Assembly: GCF_001457615.1 (NCBI RefSeq)
Contig: NZ_LN831024.1
Span: 1,710,001-1,742,000, forward strand
Length of the DNA: 32,000 nt
Direction of reading: 5' to 3'
Source: Pseudomonas aeruginosa
Lineage (GTDB): Bacteria; Pseudomonadota; Gammaproteobacteria; Pseudomonadales; Pseudomonadaceae
Shown here: positions 1-10,914 of the stretch, piece after piece
Layout of the letters: each line of letters begins with the position of its first letter
Position numbering within the stretch: position 1 is the first letter of the stretch
Notes under the pieces: model-generated
The model's input: the letters and a program-made list of their open reading frames with translations, nothing else
The model's database searches: none
What the model was told of the DNA's origin: nothing
Translations under genes and position numbers: made by a program

Positions 1-2
1 AC

Positions 3-2375
3 GCGGTCGGTCAGATCACCCGCGTCACCCGTGGCGACGGCAGCTGGCTGAGCTACGAATACGACGACGCACGGCGCCTGGTAGCGATCGGCAACAACCT
101 CGGCGAACGCCTCGAATACGACGTCGACACCAAGGGCAATCGCACCGCCCAGCGCATCAAGGACGCCAGCGGCAGCCTGGTGCGCCAGCAGCAATGGGCC
201 TACGACGAGCTTGGCCGGCTGCTCCGTGCGGTCGGCGCCGGCGGCCAGACACGCAGCTTCGCCTACGACCTCAACGACAATCCGGTCGGCGAAACCAACC
301 CGCGCCAGTTCGCCCACAGCCAGGCCTTCGATGCCCTCGACCGGCTGGTCGGCCAGAGCGATCCCCTCGGCGGCAAGACCCGACTCGCCTACGACGCCCA
401 GGACAACCTCACCGAGGTCAAGGACCCGCGCGGTGTCACCACCCGCTACGAATACGACGGCCTCGGCAACCTGACCCGACTGGTCAGCCCGGACAGCGGC
501 ACCACCACCTTCGAGCACGACGCCGCCGGCAACGTCATCCGCCGCACCGACGCTCGCGGTGCGGTCACCGAGTATCGCTACGACGCCCTCAATCGGCTGG
601 TCGAGCGCCGCTCGCCGAGCGACCCGAGCCTCGACGTACAGTACCGCTACGACCTCACCGCCGACGGCAACAAGGGCATCGGCCGCCTGGGCGCCATCGA
701 TGGCGCTCGCGACAGCCTGGTGTACCGCTACGACGAGCGCGGCAACCTGGTCGAGCAGGTGCGCAGCATCCGCCTCGACCAGCAGACCCTGCTCGACCGC
801 GTGACCTACCGCTACGACGCGGCCAACCAACTGCTGGAGATCGGCTACCCCTCCGGCCTCGCCATCGGCTACCCGCGCAACGCCGGCGGCCAGGTCGCCA
901 GCGTGACCCTGGCAGTGGGCGACAAGGCGCCGAGCCCCCTGGTCGGGCAGATCGCCTACCTGCCCTTCGGCCCGCTGCAGCGCCTGACCTGGGGCAACGG
1001 CATCGCCCTCAGCCGCGAGTACGACCAGGACTACCAACTGCTGCGGCAGAAGGTCGGCCCCTGGCAGAGCGACTACCAGCACGATGCCAATGGCAATATC
1101 CAGCAGCACCGCCATAGCCTCTGGGGCACCCTGGACTACCAGTACGACCCGCTGGACCGCCTGACCGAGGAACGCGGCGTCCAGGGCGGGCGCAGCTATG
1201 CCTACGACGCGGTCGGCAACCGCACCCAACGCAGCGACAACCCCGCCTCAGGCGGCACCGCCAGCAGCCAGGACTACCAGTACGCGCCCGACAGCAACCG
1301 ATTGACCGCCATCGGCGCGCAAGCGGTGACCAGCGACGCCGCCGGCAACCTCACCCAGGACCGCGCCGCGCGCAAACTGGCCTACGACGCCCAGGGCCGC
1401 CTGCAAAGCGTCAGCCTCGACGGCCAGCAGGTCGCCGAATACCGCTACAACGCCCTCGGCCAGCGCATCGTCAAGCTCACCCCCGAGAGCGTCACCACCT
1501 ACCTCTACGGTCCCGACGGCCAATTGCTCGGCGAAGCCGAACACGACGGCAGCGGCCGGAAACTGCGAGCCCAGTACTACCTGTGGCTGGACAGCCTGCC
1601 GCTGGCCACCATCGACGCCGACTACGACGCCCAGGGCAAGGTCGGCAACCCGACCCTGCTCTACCTCCATGGCGACCACCTCGACACCCCGCGCCTGGCC
1701 ACCGACGCCAGCGGCCAGATCGCCTGGCAGTGGCAGTCCGACGCCTTCGGCCGCGGCGAAGCGCTGAGCCAGGGCAGCACCCAGGTCAACCTGCGCTTCC
1801 CCGGGCAGTACTACGATGCGGAGAGCGGGCTGCACTACAACTACTTCCGCGACTATGATCCGGAGACTGGGCGGTATGTGGAGAGTGATCCGATTGGACT
1901 AAGTGGGGGAGTGAACACATACGGATATGTACAGGGAGCCCCCCTCAACCGTATTGATCCTTTAGGTCTAGCAGCAATAGAGATTGATATTCCTAAATCA
2001 GCATACGATTGGATACCCGAAAATATTCGATTACCTGCGGGAAGACTGTTAGGGGGAGCATTGCTGGTGGCTAGTATTTCCGGAGCTACGCCACAAGCTG
2101 ACAGCGATACAAAAGAGCAAAACTGCCCAAAAGACTGCCCGCCGTGCAAGACAATTAGCGGCAGGATCATTCCTGTTGGAACCTTGGGCTATAGACCATT
2201 AGACATTATTCCAGACGACGAAATGCAACACGGGGTTTATGGATCTCATCACAACATGTTTGTTGCCAATCAGAACCCCAACAATTGCCGATGCTTCTGG
2301 CAGAAGAAAAACTACGTATTAAAACCTGAGCAGCTTCCGAAAAACGCAGTTCCAGTAGAGCCGTTTATAAACTGA
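3..2375 (+). CDS. Rhs/YD-repeat family protein, 3' portion (CDS continues upstream of the window); variable C-terminal tip after the core boundary DPIGLSGGVNTYGYVQGAPLNRIDPLGL
   Basis: The frame is open from base 3 (AVGQITRVTRGDGSWLSYEYDDARRLVAIGNN...) into the listed 180..2375 ORF. It has many YDxxGRL/YDYDPLDRL-type YD repeats and an RHS-associated core (YYDAESGLHYNYFRDYDPETGRYVESDPIGL). The stop is at 2373-2375. Confidence 0.95.
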   Translation, partial: AVGQITRVTRGDGSWLSYEYDDARRLVAIGNNLGERLEYDVDTKGNRTAQRIKDASGSLVRQQQWAYDELGRLLRAVGAGGQTRSFAYDLNDNPVGETNPRQFAHSQAFDALDRLVGQSDPLGGKTRLAYDAQDNLTEVKDPRGVTTRYEYDGLGNLTRLVSPDSGTTTFEHDAAGNVIRRTDARGAVTEYRYDALNRLVERRSPSDPSLDVQYRYDLTADGNKGIGRLGAIDGARDSLVYRYDERGNLVEQVRSIRLDQQTLLDRVTYRYDAANQLLEIGYPSGLAIGYPRNAGGQVASVTLAVGDKAPSPLVGQIAYLPFGPLQRLTWGNGIALSREYDQDYQLLRQKVGPWQSDYQHDANGNIQQHRHSLWGTLDYQYDPLDRLTEERGVQGGRSYAYDAVGNRTQRSDNPASGGTASSQDYQYAPDSNRLTAIGAQAVTSDAAGNLTQDRAARKLAYDAQGRLQSVSLDGQQVAEYRYNALGQRIVKLTPESVTTYLYGPDGQLLGEAEHDGSGRKLRAQYYLWLDSLPLATIDADYDAQGKVGNPTLLYLHGDHLDTPRLATDASGQIAWQWQSDAFGRGEALSQGSTQVNLRFPGQYYDAESGLHYNYFRDYDPETGRYVESDPIGLSGGVNTYGYVQGAPLNRIDPLGLAAIEIDIPKSAYDWIPENIRLPAGRLLGGALLVASISGATPQADSDTKEQNCPKDCPPCKTISGRIIPVGTLGYRPLDIIPDDEMQHGVYGSHHNMFVANQNPNNCRCFWQKKNYVLKPEQLPKNAVPVEPFIN
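1971..2372 (+). other. Rhs C-terminal variable tip (134 aa), candidate toxin domain of unknown activity
   Basis: It follows the DPLGL core-end motif directly. It is visibly more AT-rich than the core, has a hydrophobic stretch (LLGGALLVASISG) and Cys/His motifs (CPKDCPPCK, HGVYGSHHN, NCRCFW). Confidence 0.75.
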
Positions 2376-2383
2376 GGTTACTC

Positions 2384-2623
2384 ATGAGATATTCAAATGG
2401 AAAAAAAGTAGAGCTGGGAGACAAAATTGATCTTGGCGACGGAGATACAGCTATAATTGTCGGAATCATTGATGAGAATCTCTACTCAGAAGAATACCCC
2501 AAAAGTGATTGGGAATACTTAAAATCAGGACTATTGATGCTCACAAGAGACTCAACACTACTCCACTACCCAAAAATAGAAGACGAGATAAAACTAATAA
2601 GCAGAAAAAATCAAGTAAATTGA
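2384..2623 (+). CDS. small hypothetical protein (79 aa), putative cognate immunity protein
   Basis: ORF starting 8 nt after the rhs stop, same strand, AT-rich, acidic and cytosolic-looking (MRYSNGKKVELGDKIDLGDGDTAIIVG...). The position is typical of Rhs immunity genes. Confidence 0.65.
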   Translation: MRYSNGKKVELGDKIDLGDGDTAIIVGIIDENLYSEEYPKSDWEYLKSGLLMLTRDSTLLHYPKIEDEIKLISRKNQVN

Positions 2624-2773
2624 AGGTCTCCAACCATCTTTAAGACCAACTTAAACCTTGTCGCATTCCAGATGGTGTCTTTGATGCTAATTACGGCGAG
2701 CTTGCAAGCATGCTGGCAGGCTTAGTTAAGTCAAACCTCGATATCGAACTGGGGGAGCTGTGGCGCCGGCCCG

Positions 2774-2788
2774 GTCCCCTTTATGGTC
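2774..2788 (+). repeat. 15-bp direct repeat copy A (GTCCCCTTTATGGTC), abutting the tRNA-like sequence
   Basis: Identical to 3312-3326. Confidence 0.85.
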
Positions 2789-2860
2789 CGTAGCTCAATT
2801 GGTTAGAGCATCCCCCTCCTAAGGGGAAGGTTGGAGGTTCGACCCCTCTCCGGGACGCCA
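2784..2860 (+). tRNA. tRNA-Arg(CCT)-like sequence; D, anticodon and T arms plus 3' acceptor/CCA are intact but the 5' acceptor strand does not pair
   Basis: From 2791: TA-GCTC-AATTGGTTA-GAGC-A-TCCCC-CTCCTAA-GGGGA-AGGTT-GGAGG-TTCGACC-CCTCT-CCGGGAC-G-CCA. The anticodon is CCT. The 7 nt before TA are TGGTCCG, whereas pairing with CCGGGAC needs GTCCCGG. Confidence 0.75.
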
Positions 2861-2910
2861 TTTCATGCTCTGCTCCAGCTTCCCTCGCCGCTTCGACAGT
2901 CCGCTTGCCG

Positions 2911-3136
2911 TCACTTTCTCCGATAGCTTTTCTTGCCGCCCGGCGTCAGGCAGTACACCCCTCCGCGCGGGCCCGTGCAGAACGAGCCGCTGCCACAGGC
3001 ACAGCCCTGCGTCGTGCCTTGCAGACGCTGTACGGCGGGTTGTCCGGTACCTCCGCCGGCGTTGCCGAAGTAGGCCGCGCAACTGCGCTTCGAGGCGCTG
3101 ATGGAGCCGTCGTTGCAGAGGAAGATATCGCAGAGA
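2911..3136 (-). pseudogene. 3' remnant of a small Cys-rich (probably exported) protein gene, truncated at its 5' side by the inverted-repeat element
   Basis: Minus-strand frame gives ...IFLCNDGSISASKRSCAAYFGNAGGGTGQPAVQRLQGTTQGCACGSGSFCTGPRGGVYCLTPGGKKSYRRK*, with GC-rich Pseudomonas-like codon use. The upstream residues (VVKINLSPFLCD) are encoded by the repeat arm, not by a natural N-terminus. Confidence 0.5.
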
Positions 3137-3170
3137 AAAGGGGACAGATTTATTTTTACTACTCTAATTT
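3137..3170. repeat. left ~34-bp terminal inverted repeat
   Basis: Pairs with 3287-3320; mismatches are confined to the 4-nt spacer. Confidence 0.85.
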
Positions 3171-3286
3171 CAGCGACTGCGCCCACGCTGAACTACTCAA
3201 AGCAAATAACTCGCTAAACCATGCGCCCTTGCCTAGGCATCGCGAAATTCCTTTACGGCATCTGAACTGGAGTCTCCATGCTAGAA

Positions 3287-3320
3287 AAATTAGAGTGGAG
3301 AAAATAAATCTGTCCCCTTT
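3287..3320. repeat. right ~34-bp terminal inverted repeat
   Basis: Reverse complement of 3137-3170 except within the 4-nt spacer. Confidence 0.85.
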
Positions 3321-3326
3321 ATGGTC
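3312..3326 (+). repeat. 15-bp direct repeat copy B (GTCCCCTTTATGGTC), spanning the right end of the MITE-like element
   Basis: Identical to 2774-2788. Confidence 0.85.
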
Positions 3327-3549
3327 GTATGAGGAATGTTCGGGTGGAAGCGTTAAGATCACTAGCGCCGGGGCAGAATCTCTGACAGTACCTATGCGAC
3401 CTACACCAATACTGATGGCACAACCCTGAACCTAACCGCAGGACGGTACGCCGAGCTTTGAAGCATGAACAGCTGGATCCTGAAGTGAATCGTAGCCACA
3501 GAGATGTGGCTATCGGCTACAATCGGCGCCTGTCAGTCTGGAGGATGCC

Positions 3550-4803
3550 ATGTACGCGATGCTCACCGGTGCAACCCTGCTCATATTTGCAGTGGCTGCG
3601 AGGCTTCTAGCGCGTAGCGCCATACACCCCTCGGTCGCTATGCCTATCACCTGGGGGCTAGGTCTCATCGGTGTCAGTCTAGCATCGTTGATAGGGTTCT
3701 ACCGTGTCGAGTCTGATGCACTGCTAATTTTTCTGTTTGGTGTGATGTCATTCTCCCTCTCCGCTGGGTGTTTCTCGTTTCTTTACAACGGTTACTTTCG
3801 TGCGCCGAGTTCAAATTTTCTGTTCGATAGCGAACTTCGGACCAGGGCGCTCGTAATCTTTTTCTGCTTGGCGCACATCGTATTTCTTACGGTAATTTAT
3901 AGAGACTTGTCTTCTATAGCTCCAACACTGCGCGAGGCTGCGTATATGGCGCGCGCCCAGTCTGTATCCGGTGAGCCCGTTTTAAGCTCGCTCTCAATGA
4001 ACTATTTACAGCTTGGACAGACCGTCATACCACTTGTGGTTTTACTATACTTGCGCGGTAAGTGTGGAGTCCTAGGCTTCTTGGCTATATCTGTTCCATG
4101 GATGGGGGTTATCTTGCTCGCAAGTGGTCGAGCATCACTTATGCAGATGCTTGTCGGGTTATTCTTTATCTACATACTTGTCAAGGGGAGTCCTTCTTTA
4201 AAAAGCCTTCTTGTAATAGGTTTGGCAATGTTTTTAGTTATTGCTGTTGGCGCTGTCGCTACATCCAAGATTCAATTTCATGAAGGTGATGGGATCTCGA
4301 CTCTTTTCATAGAGCTCTATCGTCATGTGGCGGGATATGCTTTGCAAGGGCCTGTTCTCTTCGATAGGTACTATCAGGGCTCAATACATTTAGAGCCATA
4401 TTGGTCGCCGCTAAATGGCTTTTGCAGCATATTGGCTACAGTTGGTCTCTGCCAGAAACCCCCTCTTCATCTTGACTTCTATGAGTATGCGCCTGGTGAA
4501 CTCGGCAACGTTTACTCGATGTTCTTCTCAATGTATCCGCACTATGGCGCTTTGGGCGTAATAGGAGTGATGGCTCTGTATGGAATGCTTTGCTCTTATG
4601 CATACTGTAAAGCGAAGAAAGGTAGCCTATACTTTACAGTCCTTTCCTCGTACCTCTTTTCTGCCATTGTCTTTTCCCTGTTCAGTGACCAGATATCCAC
4701 CTCCTGGTGGTTCTACGTCAAGATGACAATAATTCTTGGAATTCTGTGCTTCGTATTCAGGCGAGATCGAATGTTCGTGATCCGCCTTCCACAAGCTGGG
4801 TAA
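3550..4803 (+). CDS. O-antigen/oligosaccharide repeat-unit polymerase-like (Wzy-type) multi-spanning membrane protein
   Basis: 417-aa ORF with about 10-12 hydrophobic segments, a large polar segment (YRHVAGYALQGPVLFDRYYQGSIHLEPYWSPLNGF) and a late PHYGALGVIGVM segment resembling Wzy/O-antigen polymerases. Composition is more AT-rich than the flanking core genes. Confidence 0.7.
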   Translation: MYAMLTGATLLIFAVAARLLARSAIHPSVAMPITWGLGLIGVSLASLIGFYRVESDALLIFLFGVMSFSLSAGCFSFLYNGYFRAPSSNFLFDSELRTRALVIFFCLAHIVFLTVIYRDLSSIAPTLREAAYMARAQSVSGEPVLSSLSMNYLQLGQTVIPLVVLLYLRGKCGVLGFLAISVPWMGVILLASGRASLMQMLVGLFFIYILVKGSPSLKSLLVIGLAMFLVIAVGAVATSKIQFHEGDGISTLFIELYRHVAGYALQGPVLFDRYYQGSIHLEPYWSPLNGFCSILATVGLCQKPPLHLDFYEYAPGELGNVYSMFFSMYPHYGALGVIGVMALYGMLCSYAYCKAKKGSLYFTVLSSYLFSAIVFSLFSDQISTSWWFYVKMTIILGILCFVFRRDRMFVIRLPQAG

Positions 4804-4840
4804 TCATCAGTGGTTTGTATTGTGCTGTATATGGCTTTCG

Positions 4841-5281
4841 TTAGAAATCCCTCTCAAACTCCCTAGCATCTGCATCAATGGCGTCCCTCTTCGGGACGCT
4901 ATGTGCCAAACTTCCGTCGTTCCGCGTTGCAGGAAAGAATATCTCCATACCATATCTCGTATGCATATGCGCCAACTCCATAAGGAGAGAAATTATTTGG
5001 CAATGAGCTAATATTCGAGTGAATTTCATGCTTCTTGCCGTTAATGTGTAGACAGTATTTATTACCTGGGCTCTACCTTGGGGACTCCCCGCATCGCTCC
5101 TGATGTCTCTGAGCTTGTTTTCACCTCTTGGGATTGCCTTGCCGCCTGTCTTCGTCACCATCGGGGCGCGGCAAGCGACTGTTTCCAGTGCCTGACTGTG
5201 TAGAATTCCCATAGAGGCTTGGTACGTCGCCCAGAAGGCTGGATGCTTCGGATGCCGTTTGCATACGCTTGTCACTTCCAT
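4841..5281 (-). CDS. possible hypothetical protein (146 aa)
   Basis: Open reading frame only; no recognisable motifs, weak coding-like composition. Confidence 0.2.
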   Translation of the reverse strand: MEVTSVCKRHPKHPAFWATYQASMGILHSQALETVACRAPMVTKTGGKAIPRGENKLRDIRSDAGSPQGRAQVINTVYTLTARSMKFTRILAHCQIISLLMELAHMHTRYGMEIFFPATRNDGSLAHSVPKRDAIDADAREFERDF

Positions 5282-5305
5282 GTTTTACATAACGATACAT
5301 GAACC

Positions 5306-5334
5306 TTGACAGCTCCTTCCGACGGGGCTTATAA
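5306..5334 (+). promoter_or_regulatory. putative sigma70 promoter of the ami operon (TTGACA - 17 nt - TTATAA)
   Basis: TTGACA at 5306-5311 and TTATAA at 5329-5334, about 145 bp upstream of the amiE ATG. Confidence 0.65.
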
Positions 5335-5408
5335 GTGGCGCCATCAGGTCGTGCGCATCAGCGTCGATGTCGCGGGACCGAACCTAACGCATACGCACAG
5401 AGCAAATG

Positions 5409-5442
5409 GGCTCTCCCGGGGTTACCCGGGAGGGCCTTTTTT
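5409..5442 (+). terminator. rho-independent terminator in the ami leader, the target of AmiR antitermination
   Basis: GGCTCTCCCGGG-GTTA-CCCGGGAGGGCC stem followed by TTTTTT, placed between the promoter and amiE. Confidence 0.85.
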
Positions 5443-5458
5443 CGTCCCGAAAAAATAA

Positions 5459-6517
<1,059 letters not shown>

Positions 6518-6599
6518 CGGCAGACGCCGCCAGCCCGGCGTGCCGTCGTGCGGCACGCCGTCTCCGCCATTTCCCCCTGTGGCAGAAGGAGTTTCATCC

Positions 6600-9485
<2,886 letters not shown>

Positions 9486-9527
9486 GCGATCCGGGCCGAC
9501 CAGAACAATAACAAGAGGGGTATCGTC

Positions 9528-10046
9528 ATGATGCTGGGACTGGTTCTGCTGTACGTTGGCGCGGTGCTGTTTCTCAATGCCGTCTGGTTGCTGGGCAAGA
9601 TCAGCGGTCGGGAGGTGGCGGTGATCAACTTCCTGGTCGGCGTGCTGAGCGCCTGCGTCGCGTTCTACCTGATCTTTTCCGCAGCAGCCGGGCAGGGCTC
9701 GCTGAAGGCCGGAGCGCTAACCCTGCTATTCGCTTTTACCTATCTGTGGGTGGCCGCCAACCAGTTCCTCGAGGTGGACGGCAAGGGCCTCGGCTGGTTC
9801 TGCCTGTTCGTCAGCCTCACCGCCTGCACCGTGGCGATCGAGTCGTTCGCCGGCGCCAGTGGTCCGTTCGGCCTGTGGAACGCGGTCAACTGGACAGTCT
9901 GGGCGTTGCTCTGGTTCTGTTTCTTCCTGCTACTGGGGCTGTCCCGCAGCATCCAGAAGCCGGTGGCCTACCTGACCCTGGCCAGCGCCATATTCACCGC
10001 CTGGTTGCCCGGCCTGCTGCTGCTCGGGCAGGTGCTCAAGGCATAG
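9528..10046 (+). CDS. amiS: AmiS/UreI family amide transporter
   Basis: 172-aa six-TM protein [25 protein letters not shown]..., last gene of the operon. Confidence 0.95.
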
Positions 10047-10060
10047 CAGGAAGTCGGAAA

Positions 10061-10084
10061 GGGATGGCGGCTTGCCGCCATCCC
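10061..10084. terminator. hairpin between convergent amiS and lecB, possible bidirectional terminator
   Basis: GGGATGGCGG-CTTG-CCGCCATCCC perfect 10-bp stem, no strong T tract. Confidence 0.55.
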
Positions 10085-10099
10085 GTCCCTTCCGAACTC

Positions 10100-10447
10100 C
10101 TAGCCGAGCGGCCAGTTGATCACCACGACGGCGTCGTTGTAGTCGTTGTCGGTGCCGTCTTCAGAGCCGACCAGGGCGAAGTTCAGCTCGTTGGTCAGGA
10201 TTACCTGTGCCGAGACCAGATCCGAGGGGCGGCCGTTGACGCTGACCTGGACCTGTACCTTGCCACTGCTGCCGGAGTTGAGCACCTGGGTGCCGATGAC
10301 GGCGTTATTGGTGCTTTGCCCGCTGAAGGTCGCGGCCGTCTCGTTGTTGACCAGCACGTTCACCGTCTGGGTTCCGGACGAGTTGGCGAAGGCGGTGACG
10401 CCGAACCGGGTGTTGGCGGGAAGGGTGAACACTCCTTGTGTTGCCAT
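10100..10447 (-). CDS. lecB: fucose/mannose-binding lectin PA-IIL
   Basis: 115-aa MATQGVFTLPANTRFGVTAFANSSGTQTVNVLVNNETAATFSGQSTNNAVIG...EDGTDNDYNDAVVVINWPLG. Confidence 0.98.
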   Translation of the reverse strand: MATQGVFTLPANTRFGVTAFANSSGTQTVNVLVNNETAATFSGQSTNNAVIGTQVLNSGSSGKVQVQVSVNGRPSDLVSAQVILTNELNFALVGSEDGTDNDYNDAVVVINWPLG

Positions 10448-10605
10448 GGTGTATCTCCACTGAATACCTGGCCTGCCTTTTCAGGCAGCCGTCTGGCGCG
10501 CGGTATGGCGTGTCGGGAGAAATCCGCAGTCCTTGGCGGCAGGCGATGCGCAGGCAGGAAGGACGCATCGTTCAGCCAATCTACGCCGTCGACCGGGCGC
10601 GACCA

Positions 10606-10621
10606 CTGCTAGAGTTCGCAG
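10606..10621. promoter_or_regulatory. candidate LasR/RhlR (lux-box-like) site upstream of lecB
   Basis: CTGCTAGAGTTCGCAG matches CT-N12-AG and lies ~160 bp upstream of the lecB start. It is an imperfect dyad. Confidence 0.4.
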
Positions 10622-10914
10622 GAGGGCTACAGGGGTGTCCTGGCACTGGCGATGCATGGCCCGGTGCCGGACTGCGGCAGCGGCCTGCCGTGCCGGCTCG
10701 TTCGATTGTTACGCTGTCTGTAACGATCTATTGCCGATGCCGGCAGGCCAGGGGCGATTGTCTCGAAATATACTGCGTCACCTGGTCGCCGCAGCGGCGA
10801 CGGCTACCCACTGGCCGTCGTCCGGGTCGCCGGTTCCATCCCGGCCGCGCCAACCCCCGCATTCAGGCCCCGCTGCGGCGACTGCATTCCCGCTGGATTC
10901 GAGGCTCGTACCCT

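Larger units (their letters stand above)
3137..3320. mobile_element. MITE-like / REP-type non-autonomous element (~184 bp) with terminal inverted repeats
   Basis: AAAGGGGACAGATTTATTTT at 3137-3156 is the exact reverse complement of AAAATAAATCTGTCCCCTTT at 3301-3320. A further 10-bp arm pair (ACTCTAATTT 3161-3170 / AAATTAGAGT 3287-3296) lies after symmetric 4-nt spacers. No transposase ORF lies inside. Confidence 0.75.

Noticed and set aside
194-1117. Overlapping 307-aa + ORF (and others at 211..474, 559..804, 1583..1858) inside the rhs gene
   Set aside because: Low-complexity Arg/Pro-rich frame shadows of a GC-rich coding sequence whose true frame encodes clear YD repeats.
3-1900. Periodic similar motifs that could look like a repeat array or CRISPR
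   Set aside because: The periodicity is YD-repeat protein coding structure with diverged units. No identical direct repeats with spacers exist here, and I saw no CRISPR array in the window.
2905-3429. 174-aa + ORF spanning the MITE-like element (also 3159..3362 and 2865..3101)
   Set aside because: It runs through both inverted-repeat arms and antisense to a better coding frame. It has no natural motifs and is most likely a chance fusion.
4841-5281. 146-aa minus ORF as a real gene
   Set aside because: Kept only as a very low-confidence feature. It has no recognisable motif or convincing ribosome-binding site, and composition does not clearly support coding.
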